Shown: positions 55,372 through 64,000 of the stretch, in pieces
Layout of the letters: every line of letters starts with the position of its first letter
How positions within the stretch are numbered: position 1 is the stretch's first letter
Position numbers and translations under genes: made by a program
Origin: an uncultured Clostridia bacterium
Lineage (GTDB): Bacteria > Bacillota > Clostridia > Lachnospirales > CAG-274
Assembly: GCA_947630725.1 (NCBI GenBank)
Contig: CANRIS010000005.1
Span: forward strand, 36,887-100,886
Length of the DNA stretch: 64,000 nucleotides
Direction of reading: 5' to 3'
Notes under the pieces: generated by a model
Told to the model about the DNA's origin: nothing
The model's input: only the letters and a program-made list of their open reading frames with translations
The model's database searches: none

Positions 55372-57249
55372 ATGATGAAAAAAAGAATTATAGCTTTGAT
55401 TCTTGCCCTTGTCTTTTCGCTGCAATGCTTTTGCACGATAACGGCTTGGGGAGAGGAGGAAATGCGCGGCGTATGGGTGTCTACCGTGCTGAACCTTGAT
55501 TATCCGAAGGCTCCCACCACCGATCCGTCAACGCTTAAGCAGCAGGCAGACAGCATAATAGATGGCTGTGACAAGATGGGCTTTAACAACATATTTTTGC
55601 AGGTAAGACCCTGTTCGGACGCATTCTACAAGTCCGATACATATCCTTGGAGCGCATATCTGACAGGCTCGCAGGAGACCGCTCCGCAGGACGACTTCGA
55701 TCCTCTTGAATACTGGATCGAGGAGGCTCACAAAAGGGGAATAAAGCTTCACGCATGGATAAATCCCTACAGAATAACAAAAACGAACGACACGGACGAC
55801 AGAGAATACAAGTCGTTGGCAAGAAACAATCCTGCGAGGCTTCACCCCGAATACATAATAAAGTACAGTGACGGACAGTATTATTTTGACCCCGGTCTGC
55901 CTGTGGTCAGGAGACTTCTTGTTGACGGCGCAGTTGAGATCGTTGAAAACTATGATGTTGACGGAATACATATGGACGACTATTTTTATCCCGGCACGGA
56001 CTTCGGAGACAGTATGACGTTTGCAAAATACGGCTCAGGCTTTACGTCCATAGACGCATGGAGGAGAAATAATGTGGATCTGCTTGTAAGAGAGCTTGAC
56101 ACTAAACTCCATGAGGCTGACAGTGATATAGACTTTGGCATCTCTCCTGCGGGTATCTGGGCAAATAAGTCCACTTCTCCCGATGGATCTGACACGGGAG
56201 GAAACGAGTCCTACACAAGCCATTATGCCGATACGAGAAAATGGGCTCAAAACGGCTGGGTGGATTATATAGCGCCGCAGATATATTGGAACATAGGCTA
56301 TTCTGTGGCTGACTACAAGATTCTTGCATCATGGTGGGCAAATCAGGTGAAGGACTGCGATACAAGACTTTATATAGGAATGGCTACATACAGATCATCG
56401 GGGGCGGCGCAGAACAGCGTATGGTACGGCACCGATGAAATAAAAAGACAGCTTGAACTGAACAGGCAGACCTATGGTGTTGACGGAGAAATACATTTTC
56501 GCTATGGACTTATTGATTCAAACGAGCCTATGAAAAGCTTTCTGACATCGTTTTACGGAGACACGCCTCCCGAAATACTTCACGACAAGCAGTCTGACGA
56601 CAAAAAAGAGAAACAAACCGAGACAACTACCGAAGCGGCTCGAAAAAATACCTCCACAACGGAAAAAGCTCCCGAAACAGACGATATTCCGCCCAAAATC
56701 AATTTCAAGGATATGACGGACTATTACAACTGGGCAAAAGAAGCCGTAAACACTCTGACTGAAAAAAGAATAGTCAGCGGAGTTGGGCATGAGCGTTTTG
56801 CGCCGGGGGACAATGTAAGGCGCTGTGATTTTCTGCTTATGCTTGTAAATGTGCTGGATCTTGAGGGAGAGTATGAGGACAATTTCTCGGACGTAAGCCC
56901 CGACAAGTATTATGCCGATGCTGTCGGATTGGCAAAATCTCTGGGTATAGTCAGCGGAAAGGGCGGAAACCGTTTTGATCCCGAGTCGTATATAACAAGA
57001 CAGGATATGATGGTAATGGCTGAAAAAGCCCTGTCCCTTAAGGCAAACCTTGCCGATGCAAACCTGAACACACTCAACAGATTTTCAGACAGCAACAAAA
57101 TGGCTGACTACGCAAAACAAAGCGCCGCTAATCTTGTGCTTATAAAAATAGTCAACGGCAGCAAGGGCAGACTTAACCCCGAGGGCAATACAACCCGTGC
57201 CGAATCGGCGGTTATAATTTATAATATATATAAATTGTTTGACGTCTGA
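55372..57249 (+). CDS. secreted glycoside-hydrolase-like family 10 (GHL10/YngK-type) protein with three C-terminal SLH domains
   Basis: Signal peptide. MRGVWVSTVLNLDYPK and HAWINPYR motifs typical of GHL10. Three SLH repeats in the last 180 aa or so (FKDMTDYYNWAKEAVNTL..., FSDVSPDKYYADAVGLAKSLGIVSG..., FSDSNKMADYAKQSAANL...). Confidence 0.8.
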   Translation: MMKKRIIALILALVFSLQCFCTITAWGEEEMRGVWVSTVLNLDYPKAPTTDPSTLKQQADSIIDGCDKMGFNNIFLQVRPCSDAFYKSDTYPWSAYLTGSQETAPQDDFDPLEYWIEEAHKRGIKLHAWINPYRITKTNDTDDREYKSLARNNPARLHPEYIIKYSDGQYYFDPGLPVVRRLLVDGAVEIVENYDVDGIHMDDYFYPGTDFGDSMTFAKYGSGFTSIDAWRRNNVDLLVRELDTKLHEADSDIDFGISPAGIWANKSTSPDGSDTGGNESYTSHYADTRKWAQNGWVDYIAPQIYWNIGYSVADYKILASWWANQVKDCDTRLYIGMATYRSSGAAQNSVWYGTDEIKRQLELNRQTYGVDGEIHFRYGLIDSNEPMKSFLTSFYGDTPPEILHDKQSDDKKEKQTETTTEAARKNTSTTEKAPETDDIPPKINFKDMTDYYNWAKEAVNTLTEKRIVSGVGHERFAPGDNVRRCDFLLMLVNVLDLEGEYEDNFSDVSPDKYYADAVGLAKSLGIVSGKGGNRFDPESYITRQDMMVMAEKALSLKANLADANLNTLNRFSDSNKMADYAKQSAANLVLIKIVNGSKGRLNPEGNTTRAESAVIIYNIYKLFDV

Positions 57250-57250
57250 T

Positions 57251-57423
57251 CAACATACGGGCGGCGTACTTTTGTCCTGCGGACAAAAGTACGCCCCTGC
57301 CGCCGCAGGCGGCAGGGGCAGCTCCGAGCCGACCCTTTGGGTCGGCTCGGAGCGCCGCCCTCTTGCGGCTCCGCCTTTGCGTACGACAGTACCGAAGGTA
57401 CTGTCAGATGCAAAGGCGTGAGC
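57251..57423 (+). repeat. family-1 multi-hairpin repeat, copy D
   Basis: Starts 2 nt after the stop of the preceding gene. Same hairpin series as copy A. Confidence 0.85.
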
Positions 57424-57478
57424 GCCAACACGGTCTGCAAGCGACCGAGATGCCTGCGGAAATAAGAGGAAAATAAAA

Positions 57479-58273
57479 ATGCTTTATATTACGACTGCGC
57501 TGTATGATGAGGCAAGCCCTTACATAGAACTTTTGGGGCTGAAAAAGGACGTTAGCTTCAATAAAATAAGAGTATATTCAAACGAAAATGCCGTTCTTGC
57601 CGTTACGGGGACAGGCGTTTTTGCCGCGGTGTCATCTCTTAGCTATGTGCTGGGCAGAATACAGCCATCAAGGGGAGATGTTTTTCTCAATGTAGGCATA
57701 TGCGGCGGCAGGGGCGTTACAAACACTTATGTGTGCAGAAAGCTTTCGCTTTTTGGAGATAAAAGGGCATATTTCTGTCCCGATATGATATATATGACAG
57801 ACTTTGATGAGGCTGAGCTTGTGACATATCCAAAGCCGGTAGGTGAAATTCCCAAAGGGGTACTTGTAGATACGGAAGCTTACGGACTGGCTTTTGCAGC
57901 GTCGGCATTTTTTTCTCCCCATAGAATGTTTTTTATAAAGACAGTTTCGGACGAGGGGGATCACGACAGGATCACACATGGATATATAAGGGAGCTTATG
58001 GAAAAAAATGCTGAAAAAATAGCAGCTTTCGCACTGTCCATACCCCATGAGGAGGCTTTGGAGGAGCTTTCATCCGATGAGCTGTGCGAAATTGAAAAGC
58101 TCCGTATGAGTACAACGCAGACAAAAATGCTCAAAGACTGTCTTTATTATTACAGGCTGAGGGGAGGAGACGTTCTTAAACTTCTCAGAGAACTTCCCGA
58201 AGTAAAGACAAAGCAGGAGGGACGTGAGACTCTTGACAGAATCAGAAGGATCGCCGCAGGCTCGGTTATATAG
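57479..58273 (+). CDS. nucleoside phosphorylase/nucleosidase-superfamily (PNP_UDP_1, Pfs-like) protein with C-terminal helical extension
   Basis: VLAVTGTGVFAA, NVGICGG and VDTEAYGLAFAA resemble the MTA/SAH-nucleosidase fold motifs (GIAGG, DMEs/a). I do not recognise the 75-aa C-terminal region. Confidence 0.45.
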   Translation: MLYITTALYDEASPYIELLGLKKDVSFNKIRVYSNENAVLAVTGTGVFAAVSSLSYVLGRIQPSRGDVFLNVGICGGRGVTNTYVCRKLSLFGDKRAYFCPDMIYMTDFDEAELVTYPKPVGEIPKGVLVDTEAYGLAFAASAFFSPHRMFFIKTVSDEGDHDRITHGYIRELMEKNAEKIAAFALSIPHEEALEELSSDELCEIEKLRMSTTQTKMLKDCLYYYRLRGGDVLKLLRELPEVKTKQEGRETLDRIRRIAAGSVI

Positions 58274-59261
58274 TCATTTTTCGCATATATATGTAGAAAA
58301 AAACCTTGCAGGCAGCAAAAGGGCGGAAAATATAATAAACAAATTTCCAAAGGCAAATGTTATAGAAATAAATCATTATAAGGACATATTCAACAGAAAA
58401 AATCAGTCGTTTTCGGCTCAGAAGGCATCTCAGTCCCTTATTCTGGGAGAAAAACACGCCGATCTTGTATATAAGGGCGCTCCCTTCTGTCAGGATTTCG
58501 GAAACAGCGAATTTTATTATACCTCCCTTGTTATGGGCTGCGTATATGACTGCGAATACTGTTATTTAAGGGGTATGTATCCGGGAGGAAATATGGTCGC
58601 CTTTTTAAACGCCGAGGATTTTCTTGACGAGGTCAAAAAAGTGTCCTGCGGCAAAAAAATTTTCCTATGCATATCCTATGATACCGACCTTGCCGCTATG
58701 GAAAGCGTTTTCGGCTTTTGCGCTCTCTGGCACAGCTTTGCCGAAAAAAACAGAAATATAACAATAGAGCTGAGGACGAAATGCGCCGAACTGGGATTTC
58801 TTAAAAAACTAAGACCCCTTGAAAACTATATAATAGCCTTGACCCTTTCTCCCGAAAAAAACGCCGTCCGCTACGAAAAAAAGGTGCCGTCTCTCGAAAA
58901 AAGGCTTGAAGCGGGAAGAATGGCGGCGGAGCTCGGACATCCCCTTAGACTGTCCTTTGATCCCATGCTTAAAACAGACAACTTTGACGAAACCTACAAA
59001 GACTTTATACAAAAATGCTTTTCAAGCTTGCCTGCGAATAAAATAAAGGACATAGGCTTCGGAGCCTTTCGTATAAGTCCCTCTTATCTTAAGGCTATGC
59101 GAAAAAATTATCCCTCCTCAGCCATAGCCCTTTATCCCTATGAGCTTCAGGACGGGGCATACTCCTACGATAAGACCGAAAGAGACTATATGACCTCAAA
59201 ACTTATGAAGTATATAGAAAAATATATAAACAATGATAAAATATACTTATGGGATACTTGA
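58224..59261 (+). CDS. splB: spore photoproduct lyase-family radical SAM enzyme
   Basis: FSHIYVEK...VIEINHYKDIFNR... then the radical-SAM cluster motif GCVYDCEYCYLRG (Cx3Cx2C). About 340 aa. The start (GTG 58224 or TTG 58233) overlaps the upstream gene. Confidence 0.7.
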   Translation: MRLLTESEGSPQARLYSHFSHIYVEKNLAGSKRAENIINKFPKANVIEINHYKDIFNRKNQSFSAQKASQSLILGEKHADLVYKGAPFCQDFGNSEFYYTSLVMGCVYDCEYCYLRGMYPGGNMVAFLNAEDFLDEVKKVSCGKKIFLCISYDTDLAAMESVFGFCALWHSFAEKNRNITIELRTKCAELGFLKKLRPLENYIIALTLSPEKNAVRYEKKVPSLEKRLEAGRMAAELGHPLRLSFDPMLKTDNFDETYKDFIQKCFSSLPANKIKDIGFGAFRISPSYLKAMRKNYPSSAIALYPYELQDGAYSYDKTERDYMTSKLMKYIEKYINNDKIYLWDT

Positions 59262-59361
59262 TTTATAATTTAAAAAATGTTAATATGATTATTAAATACC
59301 TATAATTGATTATTTATTACCTATTACCTATTACTTATTTATTTAATGGAGGTATACTGCT

Positions 59362-61422
59362 ATGAACTATAACAGCTATCCTTTATATGACTACTTTAAT
59401 ATTGACGCCGTTTTTTCTGACGAGACCCCTGAGTTTCTGAATCTCCGGAATACTTCCGAAATTGGCTGTATGGTGAGCGTTGCGCTGAGAACATGGCACG
59501 ACAATGCCGACAGTTGTTATGTCGTGGCAGGGGAAAAACAGTATTTTATGCACAACAAGCATACCGAAGGCGACTTTGATTACTACAGGGCAAGTTTTTT
59601 TGTGAGAAATACCACAGACTATTATTTCATTATAAAATTTCACGGAAAAACCTATTATTACAACAAGCTTGGTCTCAGGGACAAGCTGAAGAGCGAATAT
59701 AACTTTGTGGTGATCCCCGGCTTTGAGACTCCCGATTGGGCAAAGGGAGCCGTTATGTATCAGATATTTACCGACAGATTCTGCAACGGTGACGACAAAA
59801 ATGATGTCGTTACAAACGAGTATGTCTACATGGGAAGAGCAGCTACAAAAATCGACGACTGGAACACTCCTGTCACATCCGATGACATATGCAAGTTTTA
59901 TGGAGGGGACCTTGCAGGAGTAATTAAAAAACTGGACTATCTTAAGGATCTGGGCGTAGACGCAATATACTTTACCCCTCTTTTTGTGTCTCCAAGCTCT
60001 CACAAATACGATATACAGGACTATGACTATATAGATCCCCACTTCGGAGTCATAGTCGAGGACGGAGGAAAGCCTCTTTCAAAGGATTTCTACAACAACC
60101 GCTATGCTACGATGTATATTAAAAGAACTACCGACAAAAAGAACCTCGAAGCAAGCAACAAGCTTATGATAAGGCTTATAGAGGAGGCTCACAAAAGAGA
60201 TATAAAGATTATACTTGACGGAGTTTTCAATCACTGCGGAGCCTTCAACAAATGGATGGACAGAGAGGGCTTTTACAGCAGAAACGGATACCCCGAGGGA
60301 GCATATATAAGCGAAAACAGCATATATCACAGCTATTTCAAATGGTTTGACAAAAACTGGCCGGGAAACGACTGCTATGACAGTTGGTGGGGTCACGACA
60401 ATCACCCGAAGCTCAATTATGAAGGCTCTGAGGAGCTTAAAAAATATATTATAGATATAGGAGTTAAGTGGGTATCGCCGCCCTATAATGCAGACGGCTG
60501 GAGACTTGACGTGGCAGCCGATCTGGGCAGCACTCCCCAGTATAATCATATGTTCTGGCAGGATTTCAGAAAGGCGGTAAAGCGGGCTAACCCCGAGGCT
60601 ATTATACTTGCCGAGAATTATGGAGATTCAAAGCCGTGGCTTTCGGGCGGAGAGTGGGATACCGTTATGAACTATGACGCTTTTATGGAGCCTGTGACGT
60701 GGTTTCTGACAGGTATGGAAAAGCACAGTGAGGAGCGCAGGGAAGAGCTTTATAACAATTCAATGAGTTTTGAAAGCTCTATGCGTTTTCACGGCGCAAG
60801 AATGGGCTGGCAGTCTCTTTCAACGGCTATGAACGAGCTTTCAAACCACGACCACAGCAGATTTCTCACAAGGACAAATATGCGGGTCGGCAGACTTCAC
60901 ACAGTCGGAGGCCCTGCTGCCGACATAGGCATAAACAAGGGAATAATGAAAGAGGCCATAACCCTACAGATGACCTTTCCGGGAGCACCTACAATTTATT
61001 ACGGAGACGAGGCGGGGCTTACGGGTTGGACCGATCCCGACAACCGTCGTCCCTATCCGTGGGGAAAAGAGGATAAGGAGATTCTCGGCTTCTATAAAAA
61101 AATGATAGCCATACACAAAAAATACTCCTGCCTTAAGACAGGCTCTCTGGACTATCTGTATATGCAGTACGGCGTTATTGTATACGGAAGATTCAATAAG
61201 GACGAAAGTATCGTGGTATATCTTAACAACAACCGCCACGAAACCGAAATAGAGATACCTGTGTGGAGGATAAATGGCAGATGCGGACAGGTTTATAAGA
61301 GAATAATCATATCTGACGAGACATCTTATTCCGATGATGAGGTTATCTACAACATAGAATCGGGAATAATAAAGGTGTCGCTTCCGGGATATTCCTCTGC
61401 CGTATATGTCAGGGATAACTGA
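59362..61422 (+). CDS. GH13 alpha-amylase-family enzyme (neopullulanase/cyclomaltodextrinase-like), no signal peptide
   Basis: GH13 regions I DGVFNH, II GWRLDVAAD, III ILAENYG and IV LSNHDHSR. N-terminal extra domain. 686 aa. Confidence 0.85.
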   Translation: MNYNSYPLYDYFNIDAVFSDETPEFLNLRNTSEIGCMVSVALRTWHDNADSCYVVAGEKQYFMHNKHTEGDFDYYRASFFVRNTTDYYFIIKFHGKTYYYNKLGLRDKLKSEYNFVVIPGFETPDWAKGAVMYQIFTDRFCNGDDKNDVVTNEYVYMGRAATKIDDWNTPVTSDDICKFYGGDLAGVIKKLDYLKDLGVDAIYFTPLFVSPSSHKYDIQDYDYIDPHFGVIVEDGGKPLSKDFYNNRYATMYIKRTTDKKNLEASNKLMIRLIEEAHKRDIKIILDGVFNHCGAFNKWMDREGFYSRNGYPEGAYISENSIYHSYFKWFDKNWPGNDCYDSWWGHDNHPKLNYEGSEELKKYIIDIGVKWVSPPYNADGWRLDVAADLGSTPQYNHMFWQDFRKAVKRANPEAIILAENYGDSKPWLSGGEWDTVMNYDAFMEPVTWFLTGMEKHSEERREELYNNSMSFESSMRFHGARMGWQSLSTAMNELSNHDHSRFLTRTNMRVGRLHTVGGPAADIGINKGIMKEAITLQMTFPGAPTIYYGDEAGLTGWTDPDNRRPYPWGKEDKEILGFYKKMIAIHKKYSCLKTGSLDYLYMQYGVIVYGRFNKDESIVVYLNNNRHETEIEIPVWRINGRCGQVYKRIIISDETSYSDDEVIYNIESGIIKVSLPGYSSAVYVRDN

Positions 61423-61828
61423 AATTTCAGCAACGGTCAACACCGGAAAAAGGGAGGAGCATTTTTCCGATACACATCAGAGCTATATAAATTCAGCCTT
61501 TGAACTTGGCATAGTGAGCGGAGTAGGAGAGGGGAGGTTTGCCCCCGACAACAACATAACAAGGCAGGAGGCTGCCGTTATGCTCAGAAATCTTGCAAAT
61601 GTCATAGGAATAGACACGAATGTGCGCAGGACTGAAAAATTTGTGGACGAAAGCTATTTTGCGGATTGGGCAAGGGATGCTGTTTATACCGTTTCGGCAA
61701 TAGAAAAAGGCGATGTCTGCGTTATGACAGGCACGGGAGAGGGAAAATTTTCTCCGTGGATGAACTACACAAGAGAACAGGCCATCGCAACTATGCTCAG
61801 ACTGTATGACTGTAAACCTATCGGCTGA
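61406..61828 (+). CDS. orphan two-SLH-domain fragment (possible gene remnant)
   Basis: Encodes FSDTHQSYINSAFELGIVSGVGEGRFAPDNNITRQEAA and FVDESYFADWARDAVYTVSAI...GEGKFSPWMNYTREQA. It has no signal peptide and no SD before ATG 61406. It overlaps the last 17 nt of the GH13 gene in another frame. Confidence 0.4.
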   Translation: MSGITEISATVNTGKREEHFSDTHQSYINSAFELGIVSGVGEGRFAPDNNITRQEAAVMLRNLANVIGIDTNVRRTEKFVDESYFADWARDAVYTVSAIEKGDVCVMTGTGEGKFSPWMNYTREQAIATMLRLYDCKPIG

Positions 61829-61943
61829 TCTATCGGCTGATTCCGAAATTTACGGGAATATAATTTAAATATAATTAAATATAATAAAAAAGGGCGAGAG
61901 CAAAGCGGCTCTGTCCTTTTTGCGTTTTATTTTGGTTTATGTT

Positions 61944-62762
61944 TTATGCCTTTTTTTCTTTCTTCTTTTTTTTGTTGTCTGAGCTCAGCTTTTTGATAGA
62001 TACCTTGTCGCCCTTGAATTCGATTTTTGCCCCGAATCTTTCGCCTATGGCTCTTATCATAAAGACGGGCAGAACGAGCATTCTCTTAAACCTTGATGGC
62101 TGTGTTATGAGCCTGTAGAACCATTCCAGTCCGTGATTTCTATAAAATTCAGGGGCTCTTTTTGTGTTTCCGCTCAGAACGTCAAAGCTGCCGCCAACGC
62201 CCATTATAATTATGGAGTTAAGCTCGTCCTTGTGCCTTGCGATCCACTTTTCCTGCCGCGGAAAGCCAAGCCCCACAAGCAGCACCTCGGGGTTGAGACT
62301 GTTTATTTCGTCTATGATTTCTCTTTCTTCGGGGGAGTTGTCCTTGAAATATCCGTGATGTACCCCCGTGACAGAAAGACCTCTGTATTTTCTCTGCATT
62401 TTCCGGCTTGCTTTTTCAGCCACGCCTTCGGCTCCGCCCAAAAAATACACGGTGTTTACGGTTGTTTTTATTTTTGAAAAAATCTCCTCTATGAGGTCAC
62501 AGCCCGCCACTCTCTCTTTTATGGGGTTGGGATAAAATTTTGACGCTTTTACTATGCCTATGCCATCGGGAATAAGGAGATCGCCGCCTTTCAATACCTC
62601 CATAAACTCCTTGTCCTTCTGAGCCGCCATAACCATTTCGGGATTAGGTGTAAATATGACTGTTTTCTTCCTTTCGTCCAAAGCGATCAGGGTTATGCCC
62701 AACGCCTCGGTCATACTCATATTGTTGAAAGGGATACCCATTATACTACAGATTCCGGACAT
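61944..62762 (-). CDS. tagA: WecG/TagA/CpsF-family glycosyltransferase (ManNAc transferase type)
   Basis: LLIPDGIGIV, GVHHGYF and LVGLGFPRQEKW motifs of the family. Lys-rich C-terminal tail. Confidence 0.8.
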   Translation of the reverse strand: MSGICSIMGIPFNNMSMTEALGITLIALDERKKTVIFTPNPEMVMAAQKDKEFMEVLKGGDLLIPDGIGIVKASKFYPNPIKERVAGCDLIEEIFSKIKTTVNTVYFLGGAEGVAEKASRKMQRKYRGLSVTGVHHGYFKDNSPEEREIIDEINSLNPEVLLVGLGFPRQEKWIARHKDELNSIIIMGVGGSFDVLSGNTKRAPEFYRNHGLEWFYRLITQPSRFKRMLVLPVFMIRAIGERFGAKIEFKGDKVSIKKLSSDNKKKKKEKKA

Positions 62763-62774
62763 ACTTTCATCTCC

Positions 62775-63881
62775 TTAAGTTTTTTTGATAAGCTCCTTAA
62801 GAAGCTTGTCATTTTTTTTGGCTTTTGTTATAAGAGGTTTTGTTGTTTCTTCCAGCAGTTTTTTATATTCGTCATATTTAGCCATAAGGTTTTCGGAGAG
62901 CTTTATTATTTCGGCTCCCGTCAGCCTCTCTGTCCTTATATCGCAGACGGCTTTCATTTTGAGGATCCTGAGATAATATTCCACCTTGGGGTCGTATATT
63001 ATGCCCAACATAGGCACGTTCATAACGCTGCCGAATATGAGCGAATGGAGCCTCATACCGAGAATAAGCTTCATTCTTCCTATGACTGCCATAACCTCCT
63101 TCGGCTTGTAGGAGCGTGAAAGTATAAAGCAGTCCTCCTCCATATGATCCCTTACTTTTTTGGATATTTCTATATCCTCTTTATACTGCATAGGTATAAA
63201 AAGCACGGTGTTTCCGCCTCTTATGAGACCATCGCAGGCTATAGCCATTTCTCTTATAAAGTCGTCGCCGTATTTGGCTTTTTTCCATTCCCTTATACAT
63301 ACGCCTATGATTGGCTTGTCCATAGGCACTCCCTCGAATGAGAGTATATCCAAGGCTCTTTTTTCGGATTCGGGTCTGAGGTTGAAAGCGGGATCGGCAG
63401 TAACATAGGTGGGCGGTTTTGTGACACCCATACTTATAAGGTCGTTGAGGGACAGATCCTCTCTCAGGGTTATTACATCGGCCTTGTTGACTACCTTGCA
63501 TATACGCTTTCGGTTTTTCTCCTTTGTGACGGGGCCGATGCCGTTGGCATATATCATAACCTTTTTTCCCATAAGCTTTGCGGCTCTAATTATGCCCAGA
63601 TAATACAGCAGAGATCTTGTGCTGGTGACATCCTGAAGCAGAGTGCCTCCTCCCGAGAGAACGACCTTGCTTTTAAGCAGAGCAAAAAACACTCTGAAAG
63701 GATCGAACTTTCGGACGGCTTTTATGTCGTATTCTTTTTCGGTGAATTTCGGATCATAGGAAAGAGCGGTGATGCGTACATCCAAATTCATTTTTTCAAC
63801 GCCCTCTTTTATGGCAAGGAGGGTCGCCTCATCGCCGCAGTTGCCGTATCCGTGATACCCTGTAATAAGTAAATCTGTCAT
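62775..63881 (-). CDS. csaB: polysaccharide pyruvyl transferase CsaB
   Basis: Start MTDLLITGYHGYGNCGDEATLLAI (ATG 63881), typical of the CsaB N-terminus. About 368 aa. Adjacent to tagA, in a genome segment that encodes SLH proteins. Confidence 0.8.
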   Translation of the reverse strand: MTDLLITGYHGYGNCGDEATLLAIKEGVEKMNLDVRITALSYDPKFTEKEYDIKAVRKFDPFRVFFALLKSKVVLSGGGTLLQDVTSTRSLLYYLGIIRAAKLMGKKVMIYANGIGPVTKEKNRKRICKVVNKADVITLREDLSLNDLISMGVTKPPTYVTADPAFNLRPESEKRALDILSFEGVPMDKPIIGVCIREWKKAKYGDDFIREMAIACDGLIRGGNTVLFIPMQYKEDIEISKKVRDHMEEDCFILSRSYKPKEVMAVIGRMKLILGMRLHSLIFGSVMNVPMLGIIYDPKVEYYLRILKMKAVCDIRTERLTGAEIIKLSENLMAKYDEYKKLLEETTKPLITKAKKNDKLLKELIKKT

Positions 63882-64000
63882 AATGCTCTCTCTTTTCTCT
63901 GTTGAGGCTGTCGTCTCACAGCCGACATATCTCTGCGGCAGAACCTTCTCTGTAGGGAGAAAACGGGTTTGTCTGCGCAAAAAGCTTTGTTTTTATTAAA

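Overview
This 64-kb chromosomal window looks like it comes from an endospore-forming Firmicute of the Clostridia type, with GC in the mid-40s % by eye. The evidence is spoIVA, a sigK-like sigma factor, yaaT/ricT, splB, and SLH-domain proteins together with csaB-tagA. The exact taxon cannot be determined without a database search.

I call 57 protein-coding genes and one tRNA-Thr(GGU). I also call several near-consensus sigma-A-type promoters and intrinsic terminators.

The content is mostly housekeeping and central metabolism:
- a bacterial tyrosine-kinase module (two Wzz-like adaptors, a kinase, a PHP phosphatase)
- two polar-amino-acid ABC transporters
- the conserved tmk-holB-yaaT-trmN6-rsmI block
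- sigK
- glycogen/starch genes (glgP, glgC-glgD, a GH13 enzyme, pgi)
- DUF1385-prmC-prfA, murC, a MATE exporter and argF
- pckA followed by a five-gene biotin-dependent Na+-decarboxylase/transcarboxylase-like cluster
- ACT-hom-lysC and a PPi-type phosphofructokinase
- rsmA, trmB, hydF and purE
- an XRE/CPBP pair, a nucleosidase-like gene with splB, and csaB-tagA

I saw no transposase, integrase, CRISPR array, restriction-modification, toxin-antitoxin or recognisable defence genes.

The signals that ordinary annotation does not explain are mainly non-coding:
1. A GC-rich multi-hairpin repeat of about 170 bp is present four times, and its stems are preserved by compensatory substitutions.
2. A second, modular hairpin-mosaic repeat is present three times. 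One copy sits inside an ABC-transporter operon, bracketed by a 28-bp direct duplication, and ends in a 31-bp tandem array.
3. A compact 114-nt four-way-junction element lies between hydF and purE.

The coding oddities are:
- an rsmA gene with no canonical start codon upstream of its SAM-binding motif
- a sigK without a pro-sequence
- a decarboxylase cluster carrying both 12S-type and 5S-type carboxyltransferases
- an orphan SLH-domain fragment overlapping the end of the GH13 gene

All family assignments come from motif recognition by eye. No searches were run.
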